From contig CBDCDO010000001.1 in assembly GCA_965215375.1 (NCBI GenBank), forward strand, positions 1,120,717 through 1,184,716: a stretch of 64,000 nucleotides of DNA, in the 5' to 3' direction. Made by a program: the position numbers and the translations under genes. Numbering within the stretch: position 1 is the first letter of the stretch; each line of letters opens with the position of its first letter. Source of the stretch: Dehalococcoidia bacterium (GTDB lineage: Bacteria; Chloroflexota; Dehalococcoidia; Bin125). This document shows positions 1-10,059 of this stretch, piece after piece. The notes under the pieces were generated by a model that worked only from the letters and a program-made list of their open reading frames with translations, did no database searches and was not told the DNA's origin.

Positions 1-512
1 TTGAGCGTGCTGGGGATTCCGTAGTCGCCTGCGAGGAGCGGTGAGACCTTCACATCGATCGCCTGCGTCGGTGCCGGCGTGGCGGTCAAGGTGAACGTCG
101 CGTCGCCGCCTTCCGTGATGTTCGCACCCGCAGCGATGGTGACTTCAGGCGTTGGCGGCGGAGTGGTGGATGCATCGGTCGTGACTTCGAGCGTGCCAAA
201 GAACGCCGCATAGAATCTGAACTCGTGCTCCGACTCAGGCTGCAACCCTGTGGCCGTCCACGACTTCGCATCGGTAACGCTGACGTAGTCGGTTTGCTCG
301 GCCGCTTTCTGGTACCAGAAGAAGACCACCTCCCCTTCAGCGGACCAGGTCAGCGTGATCGACGTGTCCGTGGTCACGACGTCGACGGGTGGTTGTGCGA
401 CCGAGTGGTCGGTGGAGACGACCAGCCCCGCTCCAATAAGCGCGACCATCGCCAAGAGGCGCCAGCTTCGGAAGCGTTGGTGCAGGATGATCTGTGCGGC
501 GTTGCGGAACAT
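1..512 (-). CDS. Secreted FN3 + Calx-beta-like surface protein, N-terminal part (runs off window; absent from ORF track)
   Basis: Manual translation from ATG 512 (GGAG RBS upstream): MFRNAAQIILHQRFRSWRLLAMVALIGAGLVVSTDHSVAQ signal peptide, FN3-like 'TDTSITLTWS..WTATGLQPESEHEF', then 'PEVTIAAGANITEGGDATFTLTATPAP' matching the repeats of the two giant adhesins. Confidence 0.85.
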   Translation of the reverse strand, partial: MFRNAAQIILHQRFRSWRLLAMVALIGAGLVVSTDHSVAQPPVDVVTTDTSITLTWSAEGEVVFFWYQKAAEQTDYVSVTDAKSWTATGLQPESEHEFRFYAAFFGTLEVTTDASTTPPPTPEVTIAAGANITEGGDATFTLTATPAPTQAIDVKVSPLLAGDYGIPSTL

Positions 513-881
513 GATGTATCTCCAACCGCTGCGGACTCCATGTCTTCGAGCCGACGGCCTCAGGAGGGTCGCCGACCGTGTGCAAGGACATTAGCAGATA
601 AGTCACGCGTTTGCGATGTCGTGGGTGCATGGTCCATAGGAGGTCGCTGCACGCGCCGGCGCTCGCTCTGTAACAGCGGCTACAGCGACGTCCCATGACG
701 CCGCGATCCAGTCGCGTCGTCGTAGGTTTCGACGTGTCGAAAGAGATTGTGAAACTTGTACTTAAGTCGGCCGCGCGGCGCGGGGGAGCGGCCGGTCGGC
801 TGGCCAAGGGACAGCTGAATCGAGGATCGGGGGTCCGAGAACACAGTGCAAGGCTGAGGAAATCGCCCCCAAGTACCGCCT

Positions 882-3398
882 ATGAGACTGTCTCACTTGG
901 CGGCCATGGCAACACTCGTCGCGCTGCTGGGCGCGATGTTCGTGGCTCTCCCCTCGGCGGGTGCGCAGACGGCTGATCCGCCAATGTGTGGCGCATCAAT
1001 GACGCTCATGCTCGAGCACGACACGAACGGTGATGACACGATTCAAGACACTGAGCCGCAGAACGAGACATGCACGGTCGCCAAGACTTCAAGTGCGATC
1101 GATGCCGCGGACGATGTCGACATCACTCTCGAGACCGGAACCGCGGGCGTTGCGACCTTTGTGTCTTCGGCGCCAGCTAACAACACAGCGACAGTGACAT
1201 TCACAGCAGCCATGAAGGGGACTGCCACCTTCAAGGTCGCGATCGTTCGTGCAGGGGTGTTGTCCAATGTCAGCACGCACAAGATCACTGTGACCGAGTA
1301 CACCGCCGACGAGGCGCCTGACACGTCGGCGATTTCGCCGGACTTCAAGATCACTTTCATTGGGGACTCGGACAACATCGTCGCCGCTGGTACATCGGTC
1401 GACCTGAAGGTCGAAGAGACGAATGCGACGTTGACCAGGATTACGGTCTCGGGCGGTCTGAGCTTTTTCCAGCGCACCGAAGAGTACCGATACCTCGCTG
1501 ACAACACGAACAAGCCTGACGATGACGACGAACTGCTTGACTTGAGCACGACCGCAACGGTGTGGCGCAACGTGATCGGAACGATCGTGCCGACGCATCA
1601 GGTGCATTTGGCCACAAGTCCGGGAGCCGGGACCATCTACGAGACTGCTGGCGAAACTCGCTTCCGACAGCCGAAGCGGGCCGATCAGGACGGGACCGTC
1701 ACGCCTGAAGTGGGTGCCACGCCAGATGAGAGTGACACCTTGCGAGAAACAACGCTCGAACTCCACGTCCCTGTCGGGACTACGCCGGGTGAGTACACCG
1801 TCACCGCGATCGGTACCTACAACCGCGATGGACGTGATCACGTTCTGGTGAAGCCCGCGATTTTGACCGTTGGTGACACCTCCGAGGTCGAAAGCGTCTC
1901 CTTCGGTCTGAGTAGCCCGCGTCGGATCAATCTCACTTCCTACGTGCCAGGTGCAGCTCCCGCGGTGATCAACGCCAAGGCCATGGACAAGGTCGGCGGC
2001 GGCGCCAAGGGCGACATGCCCGACGGTTACGACGACGACGTCTCGACCAAGGAACGCTCCAGCATCTCGGTTGGCTCCGCAAACACGACCGAGCTCACGC
2101 TGAGCATCCTTAACCTAAGCGGCAAGCCGAGTGAGGCTGACGCGATCACCTCGATCGTAATCAGCACCACCGGTGGCAGCCTGAGCGCCAACGCCGGCTC
2201 GACCGAGACCTACCGCTGTGACTCGGTCCAGCGCACGCGTGCGTGTGAGATTGACATCTCCAGCTACGCCGACGCCGGCGACCCGCTGCCAGCGAAGATT
2301 CGTTTGCTGCTGAACGCACCTGAAACGCCTGGAACCGCTGAGGTGACCGCAGTTGTGGTCGCTGGTGGTGAAGTCTTCACCCCAGACGCCGTGACCGTGA
2401 CCTTCTACGGTCCGCTGGACGCACTGGACCTGGGCGACGCATCGGGCACCGTGCTTGGCTACGACGTAGTCGGCGGTGACAAGGATGCCGGCATGGACGG
2501 CGAGTCGGCCGAGGACAAGGGTGACGCTGACAAGGGCTCCGACAAGCGCGACCAGATCACCTTCTCGGTCGGCGCGATGGACGCCAACGGTAACACGATC
2601 CGCACGCCAGACTTGACCGTCAAGATCAGCGACCCCGATGGTGTCACGGTCTCCCCGTCCAAGTACGAGAAGGCCCAGACCGGCGCGCTGAACAACACCC
2701 TCCACATCGATGTCGACACTGCCGCTACTGCAGCACTGGCTGCGGGCACCTACACCCTCGAGGTGAGCAAGGGCGCCAAGAAAGCCAGCGTCGAGTTCGA
2801 TGTGGTCCACACTGCCGATGGCATCGAGGCGGAAGCCTCTGAGATGAACCCGTCCGAGATCGGCGACACGGTGACCGTAAGCGTGGAAGTCAGCTCAGAC
2901 GGCACAGCCGTCGCGGATGGCACGCCAGTGACGTTCCGAGCATCGGACAAGGCGGGCGACACGGACTCGATCCTGATCGCGACGACCACGGAGACTCCGA
3001 TGACCAAGGGCGGAATGGCCCAGGTGACCTACGTGACCGTCGGCAATGGAGCCGCTGTTGTGACGGCGACGGTCGCTGATGACACCACCCCGGTCAACGC
3101 CGTGCTGGTCATTCAGAGCACCGCTGGTGCTCCGGAGCCGGTGGTTGAGCCGGAGCCCGAGCCTGAGGTGGCCTCGGTGGATTGTCTCAGCAACTTGAGT
3201 GGGTTCTCCACTTGGACCTGCGGTGTTGACGCTGATGTGTCCGAGATCTTCACTATGGTCTCGGAGCGTGGCGTGACTGCTATCCACCTGTGGAACGGCA
3301 CCAACTGGGTGCGCTACTCAGTAGTGGGCGGCTCTGAGGTACCGGGCTCGAGTGACTTCATGGTCACCAAGACCGACATCCTCTACATCAGCCAATAG
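882..3398 (+). CDS. Large secreted Ig-like-domain surface protein (candidate S-layer protein)
   Basis: Signal peptide ending AGA-Q; T/D/A/V-rich beta-strand composition; Big_1-like segment 'TVTVSVEVSSDGTAVADGTPVTF..TKGGMAQVTY'; PE linker then a ~70-aa Cys/Trp-containing C-terminal domain. Confidence 0.75.
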   Translation: MRLSHLAAMATLVALLGAMFVALPSAGAQTADPPMCGASMTLMLEHDTNGDDTIQDTEPQNETCTVAKTSSAIDAADDVDITLETGTAGVATFVSSAPANNTATVTFTAAMKGTATFKVAIVRAGVLSNVSTHKITVTEYTADEAPDTSAISPDFKITFIGDSDNIVAAGTSVDLKVEETNATLTRITVSGGLSFFQRTEEYRYLADNTNKPDDDDELLDLSTTATVWRNVIGTIVPTHQVHLATSPGAGTIYETAGETRFRQPKRADQDGTVTPEVGATPDESDTLRETTLELHVPVGTTPGEYTVTAIGTYNRDGRDHVLVKPAILTVGDTSEVESVSFGLSSPRRINLTSYVPGAAPAVINAKAMDKVGGGAKGDMPDGYDDDVSTKERSSISVGSANTTELTLSILNLSGKPSEADAITSIVISTTGGSLSANAGSTETYRCDSVQRTRACEIDISSYADAGDPLPAKIRLLLNAPETPGTAEVTAVVVAGGEVFTPDAVTVTFYGPLDALDLGDASGTVLGYDVVGGDKDAGMDGESAEDKGDADKGSDKRDQITFSVGAMDANGNTIRTPDLTVKISDPDGVTVSPSKYEKAQTGALNNTLHIDVDTAATAALAAGTYTLEVSKGAKKASVEFDVVHTADGIEAEASEMNPSEIGDTVTVSVEVSSDGTAVADGTPVTFRASDKAGDTDSILIATTTETPMTKGGMAQVTYVTVGNGAAVVTATVADDTTPVNAVLVIQSTAGAPEPVVEPEPEPEVASVDCLSNLSGFSTWTCGVDADVSEIFTMVSERGVTAIHLWNGTNWVRYSVVGGSEVPGSSDFMVTKTDILYISQ

Positions 3399-3409
3399 GG
3401 GAACTGAAC

Positions 3410-3438
3410 CCTCACCCCTCGCCTGTCGAGGGGTGAGG
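3410..3438 (+). terminator. Hairpin after the surface-protein gene
   Basis: cctcacccctcg-cctgt-cgaggggtgagg inverted repeat just after the stop. Confidence 0.5.
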
Positions 3439-3451
3439 CGACCCCAAAGCA

Positions 3452-3476
3452 GGTCTCCGATCAAGTCGGGGACTGG
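3452..3476. repeat. REP-like palindrome family B (gtccccga-tcaag-tcggggac)
   Basis: Copies at ~3452, 4272, 25224, 25258, 25293, 25495, 25528, 25563, 52237, 52552 and 52893. Confidence 0.85.
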
Positions 3477-3499
3477 ACTCTGGAGAAAGGAATGCTGAG

Positions 3500-4144
3500 A
3501 TGAAACAGCACAGACTGATGTCGAGGTTGACGGCGTTGGCGCTTGGACTTGCGGTGGCGATTGCGTCGCTGAGTCTGGCCAGTGCGCAGCAGGAGCCGCC
3601 GTTTCGCTATCACGGCGAGGGCACCGATGGCGACATGATTGTCGCCCACGATGCCGAGGGTATGGAACTCGGCATGGCGACGGTTGCCAATGGCGTTTGG
3701 TTCATCGATGTCGACCGCGATGAGGCGGACGGCGCCACCTTCACGCTCAACGGCGAAGCTACCACGGTCGAGCTGAGCTCAGAGACGAGCGACTCGGCCA
3801 AGGTCGCGCTGACGGTCGTTATGGAGGAAGACGACTCCATGATGGATGAAGGCGACGACGGTGAGATGTCCGAGGACGACGAGACCATGATGGAAGAGGA
3901 CGGCGAGATGTCCGAAGACGGCGACTCCATGATGGATGAGGATTCCATGGAAGACGGCCATATGGACGACTCGATGGAAGACGACCAAATGGACGAGTCG
4001 ATGGCGGACAACGGTTACCCGGCGACGGGTTCCGGTGGTCTCGCTACTGATGGTGTGTCGGCGGGCCTGGTGGGCCTGCTGATTGCGCTTGGTGCGGCGG
4101 CGATCGCTGGGATTGGTGTTCGTCGGGTGCGGAATCGGGCGTAG
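3500..4144 (+). CDS. Secreted acidic Met-rich protein with C-terminal sortase-type sorting signal
   Basis: Signal peptide (ASA-Q), D/E/M-rich low-complexity tract, YPATG + hydrophobic helix + RRVRNRA tail; AAGGA RBS. Confidence 0.8.
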   Translation: MKQHRLMSRLTALALGLAVAIASLSLASAQQEPPFRYHGEGTDGDMIVAHDAEGMELGMATVANGVWFIDVDRDEADGATFTLNGEATTVELSSETSDSAKVALTVVMEEDDSMMDEGDDGEMSEDDETMMEEDGEMSEDGDSMMDEDSMEDGHMDDSMEDDQMDESMADNGYPATGSGGLATDGVSAGLVGLLIALGAAAIAGIGVRRVRNRA

Positions 4145-4165
4145 TTTTCCTGCGGAAGCGGGGAG

Positions 4166-4207
4166 CCCCCTCCGCCCCTTCGGGGCATCTCCCCCAGAGG
4201 GGGAGGT
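4166..4207. repeat. REP-like element family C (cccctcc/ccctcacc..ctccc..gggag type)
   Basis: Related copies at ~49869, 50157, 50468, 59975 (reverse) and 63527. Confidence 0.7.
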
Positions 4208-4220
4208 CTTGAGAGGGAAT

Positions 4221-4256
4221 CAAGAGGCGGGGTCGCAAGGCCCCGCCTCTTGTTGT
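4221..4256 (+). terminator. Rho-independent terminator
   Basis: caagaggcggggtc-gcaa-ggccccgcctcttg hairpin followed by T-rich bases. Confidence 0.7.
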
Positions 4257-4502
4257 GTCTGCGGCCCGAGCAGGTCCCCGATCAAGTCGGGGACGGGAGT
4301 TTTCGAAGCGCGGGCTGGTGTCATTGGGGTTAGCGGGACTTTTGAGACAGTCTCAGTGGGTACTCACTTCTCATTTGCCCGCATTTTGGCAGTATTGGAC
4401 GCCGATAGGGAGCGCGATACGCCGATCCGGCGGAAAACCGTGCTGGTGCTATCTTTCGCGGTGGTTGCTGAGGTTGGTAATCGGCTAGGACAGGTGCATT
4501 CC

Positions 4503-7500
4503 ATGGAGCGTTCGCAGATCGGTGTTCGGTTGGTGGGTTTGACAGGCTTGGTCGCTGCGGCGCTCTTGTTTGCAACACTCGTTTGGAACGGTGGGGGGGG
4601 GTAATCCCTAACCCCTTTGCGCGTGTCGAAGCGCAAACGGCCACGGTTGATGCCGAGCTGCGCATCGCTGCACAACGACTTGAGGATGGCGGACTTCAGT
4701 TTGGATTGCGGGTGCGGGACGAGTCGGGGAGTTGGGCGGAGCCGGCAGAACCACGTGTCAACTCGTTCGATCCAGCAAACGTTCGCACCGGACGCTGGCT
4801 CTCCAGTTCGTCGCTGATTCTGGAAGTTGACCAGTCAGGCGTCGGACGGCTGGTCCGCACCGAGGATTCTCAGCCTTCACCACCGACCGAAACGACGCTG
4901 ATCACCGGTGTTGAGGGATGGGATGGCGACATTCGCTATTCCGCCTGGAATGACGCCGACGGCGATCTGATCACAACGGTGTCGATCTACAGCGGATCAG
5001 CCGGTGCGCCCGACGGAGAATTGCGGACGACCATTACCTGCCGAGAGCGTGAAATCTCGGTCGTAGTCGGCGGGTTGTCTGCCGACACTACTCCGAGCGA
5101 CGACGATTCCAGTGCGGTCGATGTCAGTTGGAGCGTTGACCGCGGGGCGGCACTCTCGGAACAACGAGCCGTCTGGCCGATTGAAGGTGGAGTCGAACTG
5201 ATCGGATTGACGGAGAGCGACCTGGGAGCTTCGCTGCTCAGCGGCGGCTCTACGCTGGCGCTCTCCCTCGCGACGACTCCGCCGCTTCGGAGCTCGATCG
5301 ACCTCGACGCGCTCTCGGAGTTGCCGGTATACGACAATCTGGTCCAGTGTGCTGGTGACAGTTCGGCCTCCGAGCTCAAGTCGGGCCAGACGGAACTGCG
5401 CATCCAGGCGCAAGTTCGCGATGACGAACGCGTCGAGTTTGCTGTCCAGCAACGCACCGACGATGGCTGGAGCGAACAGATCTTGCCCGACTCGCGATCG
5501 ATGCGGGCGTTCGGAGACCCGACAAATTGGCTGTCGTCTTCAACGATCTCCGTGGCCGTGGATGTCGAACCGTCCCATGTGATCGTCTCGCCGGACCCGG
5601 TGCAACGCAGTGTGTCGCCGCCTATCAACCCGATCTTACGCAGCGGATGGGTCACTGGCTTGCTCGGGTATGCCGCTGAACTGGACTCTGCAGGGCGGCT
5701 GAACTCGATCGTTGCTGCTCACAGCGAGCAAGAATGGCAGTTGCAGGTCGGCTGTTTCAACGGCACAAGCGGAGTACAACTTGCTGGTATTCCTAATGAC
5801 GCGACAGGCGCGATGGCGCTTACGCTCGATGACATGCAATCGGCAGTGAATTGGCGTGTGGTGACAGAGGACGACACCTCCGTGCTGCGCCCCGCCGATA
5901 CTGCGCGTCTGATCGAGCGACTGCGCGGCACGGAGACGGTCACTGTTAGTGTGAATCAGACGGAGCCCGCGACGTTTGAGTTGACCGGAATGTTCGAGAC
6001 GCCGATCCAGGCCAATCTCGACCAATGCGGCAACTACACGGATCAGGCTTGGGAGCCGGTGACCGAGTTACAGGAAGGCAGAACCGAAGAAGGCGTGTTC
6101 TACAGGGTCTCGTATCCTGACTGGAACGACGGAGAGCGGTTTACGTCCGTCTCGATTGCTGCTAGCGGCGAGGGTCGATCAGGGCGGGGAGATCCGACGC
6201 GGTTGCATTTCCATTGCAATGGTGGCCGGAATTTCAACACATTTGTGTCAGGGTTGCCAATAGACCCCGGCGATCAAGTTGTTCGCAGCCGCCTTGCCGA
6301 CGGTGATTGGGTCGAGGAACGCTGGAGTACCCGGCCCGACGGCAGCGGCGACACCGTAGCCGACGTCGGAACCATCCAGGGCGACTATGACCGGTTGCGC
6401 GAAGCTCAGACCCTGGAATTGGAGTTCCCCAGTACACCTGTGATGAGACGATCCTTCGATCTGACCGCTCTCTTCGATACTCCGGTCCAGACGAACATTG
6501 ACAATTGCGGTACTCCGTTGTGGACACAGGAGACCGCCTACGTGCCGATCCTGGCGCGAGGCCAGTCGTCAGCATCTGTTTCTTACTCGGCTCAAGTGGA
6601 AGAAGACCGCGGCATCTACAGCGTGGTGACCAATAGGGTCTCCCTCCCTGCCATTCCCGGCCTGCGCGGCGATCGTTTGGAGTTGGAAATCGCATGCTTT
6701 ACGTTTGGAGTCCAGAACGTTCGATTCAAGTGGTTTGGGGTATCCGAGGCCGACACGCGGGACGTGACACTGGAGATTGACGGGCATGAGTATGAAGCCG
6801 AGCCGTGGCGGGCCTTCGACTGGATGAGCGGCTCCGACCACTGGTTCGGCGTCGATAGTCGAGATGCTTCACGCGTAATCGCTCGGCTGCGCGGCGCGTC
6901 GTCCTTGAAGGTCACGATTCACGGCGCCAATCTGCCGACGACGACGTTCGATGTGACCGGCATGTTCGACACGCCGATCCAGGAGAACATCGACGAGTGT
7001 GGTTTCTATCAGCCGGGCGAGACGCGTGAGCCGCCGCCTGGGCTGAACGCCTCCGGCACGACCCAGGGCATCAACGGCGATGAGACGACGATCTCATGGT
7101 TCCGCGAGCAAGGACCGGGCGTGATTCTAAGTACGACGATCCGAGAACTGTTACCGAGTGTTTCAGGTACATCTTCCATAGAGTTGCAAGCATATTGCGG
7201 TGTGGGTGGTTTGACGCTCATTGTCTTTGGGACGCAACTCGCCGACTTGAGCGGAGAAGAAGCATCTGTGGAATGGAGCGTTGATGACACGCCCCCAGTT
7301 AGCGAGTTGTGGACCGTAACCCACATTGGACAGGTCGGAGTACTTGCTCCAGCAAATCAACCGTCAGTGTTAGCAACGTGGCGTAAGGGCTCCGTACTCA
7401 ACGTCACGATCGGCGGAGCGCAGCCAATCCAGCAGCGCTTCGATCTTGGCGCCATCTTCAGCGTCCCTGTCATCTATACGTTTGACGAGTGTCTATCCAG

Positions 7501-8005
7501 AGCTCTGCCGATATGGATCTCGCCTGTGCAGGATGTCCCGCGGACCACCGAAAGCAACGTAAACTACCGGACAACTGGTGCTTACTCGTCCTGGGCAGCA
7601 ACGCAATTGCAGTTGCAAGTGCCTAGTGATACCGCTCCTGAATGGGCACGTTACAGTTCTCAACTGGACGTTATCTGCGGCGTTGAGGGTATTGGTGTCC
7701 GTGTCACGCATATCGGTAATGCGCGAGGGGTGTTCATCTCGGGAGACACGGTGGAAGTGACTTGGCGAGTTGGAGACGGGCTCCCACAGACCGAGACCTG
7801 GGATGCTTGGTTGTCGCCGTTCTGGCGCTCGTACTCGATCTCGCCGCCGGACGATGCAGCGTTCTTTGCTGCCATCCGCGATGCCGATTCCCTCAGCATC
7901 AGCGTCGCCTCTGATCCGGTCTTCACCGAGACCTACGACCTCTCGGGCAACGGCTTCTGGGACACGCCAGTCCAACCGAATCTGGACGCCTGCGGCGGTC
8001 CCTAG
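4503..8005 (+). CDS. Large secreted six-repeat protein, frameshifted at a G9 tract (4593-4601)
   Basis: Signal peptide MERSQIGVRLVGLTGLVAAALLFATLVWNGGGG stops at TAA 4602-4604; the body (ORF 4583..8005) is in another frame; G10 or G7 fuses them. Two 'LRI.AQ...D..(Q/E)F' domains and six repeats ending 'FDL.G.F.TP.Q.N.D.CG'. Confidence 0.8.
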
Positions 8006-8110
8006 TCGGCTCGCCGCACACCCACCGACATCTCCAACCCGGCGAGGCCCCGCCCTGGGCACGATGCCCTTGAAGCAGTACAGGAGGGGGCCTCGTCCTG
8101 GACGTCCCGG

Positions 8111-8139
8111 TTGACATCTTGGTTTCGGATCGGCATACT
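8111..8139 (+). promoter_or_regulatory. sigma70-type promoter of the ABC operon
   Basis: TTGACA-17 nt-CATACT about 60 nt upstream of ATG 8200. Confidence 0.6.
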
Positions 8140-8199
8140 GCCCGAAATCCGAGCGCATCTCCTCTTACCACAGGGGATGCCAGTGAGAAAGAGATTGCC

Positions 8200-10008
8200 A
8201 TGCCGGACCGGAACTATTGGACCAGGATGAAACGAAATCAAATGTCGCGACGCGGGTTGCTGGCAGCTAGCGCTCGGGCAGGTGTCGGCGCTGCCGGACT
8301 GGCACTCGTCGGTTGCGGCGATGACGACGACGACCAGCAAGCTGCCGCTCAGGATCAGGTCGAGCAGCAGGCGGACCAGCAAGCAGATCAACAGCAATCG
8401 CAGACCGCCACCACCGACGAACAGCAAGAACAACAAGCCGCCACCGCCCAAGCCGCTGCCGATGGCGACCCCAAGCATGGCGGCACTCTGCGAATCGTTA
8501 TGTCCGACGGCGGCATCTTCGATCCAGCCATCGCGATCCACGGCGGCACCTTCGCCGGCGTTCATCAAATCTACGACTGGCTCAACTACCTCGATGAGGG
8601 CTTCGTGATCACCTCGGGCATGGCTGAGCTGCCGGAGGTCGTTGACGAGCTCAACTTCATCTACACCATCAAGCCCAATGTCTACTGGCACGACAAGCCA
8701 CCCCTGGATGGTCGCCAATTCACCGCTGAGGACGCCGTGTTCGGACTGGAACGGTTCGGCTTCGACAATCCCGAGTTCGTCTTCAAGGACCGCTTCTCAC
8801 TGGTCGACAAATTTGAAGCGGCAGACCAATTCACCATGACCGTCAAGGCCGGGGAGGCATTCTCACCGCTTCTGAGTGCAATCTCCGAAGACAACATGTT
8901 GATGGTCTCGCGCGACGCGGTGGAGGCGTTCGGCGACGAAGCGATCTCGACAGATTTTGAGGCCCAAATCGGCACCGGGGCGATGGTGGGCGTGTCGCGG
9001 GAGGCGGAAGTCGAGCTGAATATGACCCGCAACCAGAACTACTACAAAGAAGGCCTACCGTACTTCGACGGTTACAAGGGCATCAATCTGAGCGACGACG
9101 CGATTCGGATTGCAGCATTTGTAAATGGTCAGACCGACTTCCTCAACTATCAGTGGTTCGGACGACCGGTCGATTTCGATGCCGCCGTTACCGAGATGGG
9201 CGAAGAGGCGGTCACCGGGGTTCCAAATCCTGTGACCTACGGGATGGCAACACACATTCATACCGAAGTCGAACCGTACACGGATCCGCGTGTACGAACT
9301 GCAGTCCATCTCGCCGCTGATCGCGAGCAACTCATAGCCCTTTCCCTCGGAGAACTGGTGATCGGCGGCCCGATCGCCGTTGCAATCGCTCCATATGGAA
9401 GAACGGAAGATGAGCTGCGACAGCTTCCCGGTTATCGCTCGGGCGATCTGCGGCAAGAAGACCTAGCGGAAGCAAGGAGACTGCTGGAAGCCAGTGGCGC
9501 TGACCTTGACAACATCCCGCCAATGGAGATTTGGGCGCCGGATGCATCGGACTATGCGCAGGTGTTGCAGCAAAACCTCGGCGAGGTGGACTTCAATTTG
9601 GACATCCTCGAGTTAACCACCGCTGATGCCTTGGCCGCGCGACAGAATCGCGAGTTCTCGATGATCATGCTTGGTCAGCAGGGCGCCTCCGATCCGGATC
9701 TGCTCTACAACGATCTGCACACAACTGGAGGCCAGAACTACGGCAACTTCTCCCACCCAGACTTTGACGCGCTGGTCGAAAAGGGGCGGTCGGTCTTCGA
9801 CGTCGAGGAACGCAAGGCGATCTACGACGAGACGCAAGAGCGGCTGCTGAACGAGTGGAACCCGCGACTGTACTGGTCCTGGAGCACCGTTGTCATTGCC
9901 TTCCGTTCGTATCTCAAAGGCTTCCGTCCGACACCAGGAGTGACCGCATCGAACGCGGTCCTTTGGGGAATGTGGTTCGATGAGATTCCTGAGGGCGCGC
10001 AGTCTTGA
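8200..10008 (+). CDS. Peptide/nickel-type ABC substrate-binding protein (family 5), Tat lipoprotein
   Basis: MSRRGLL twin-arginine motif, LVGC lipobox, Q-rich linker, 'GGTLRI', 'WHDKPPLDGRQFTAEDAVF', 'PYTDPRVRTAV'. Confidence 0.92.
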   Translation: MPDRNYWTRMKRNQMSRRGLLAASARAGVGAAGLALVGCGDDDDDQQAAAQDQVEQQADQQADQQQSQTATTDEQQEQQAATAQAAADGDPKHGGTLRIVMSDGGIFDPAIAIHGGTFAGVHQIYDWLNYLDEGFVITSGMAELPEVVDELNFIYTIKPNVYWHDKPPLDGRQFTAEDAVFGLERFGFDNPEFVFKDRFSLVDKFEAADQFTMTVKAGEAFSPLLSAISEDNMLMVSRDAVEAFGDEAISTDFEAQIGTGAMVGVSREAEVELNMTRNQNYYKEGLPYFDGYKGINLSDDAIRIAAFVNGQTDFLNYQWFGRPVDFDAAVTEMGEEAVTGVPNPVTYGMATHIHTEVEPYTDPRVRTAVHLAADREQLIALSLGELVIGGPIAVAIAPYGRTEDELRQLPGYRSGDLRQEDLAEARRLLEASGADLDNIPPMEIWAPDASDYAQVLQQNLGEVDFNLDILELTTADALAARQNREFSMIMLGQQGASDPDLLYNDLHTTGGQNYGNFSHPDFDALVEKGRSVFDVEERKAIYDETQERLLNEWNPRLYWSWSTVVIAFRSYLKGFRPTPGVTASNAVLWGMWFDEIPEGAQS

Positions 10009-10059
10009 TCGCAACCGCGTGAGATTAGTCAACGGACGCTGCGATAAGAATCAACGCTG

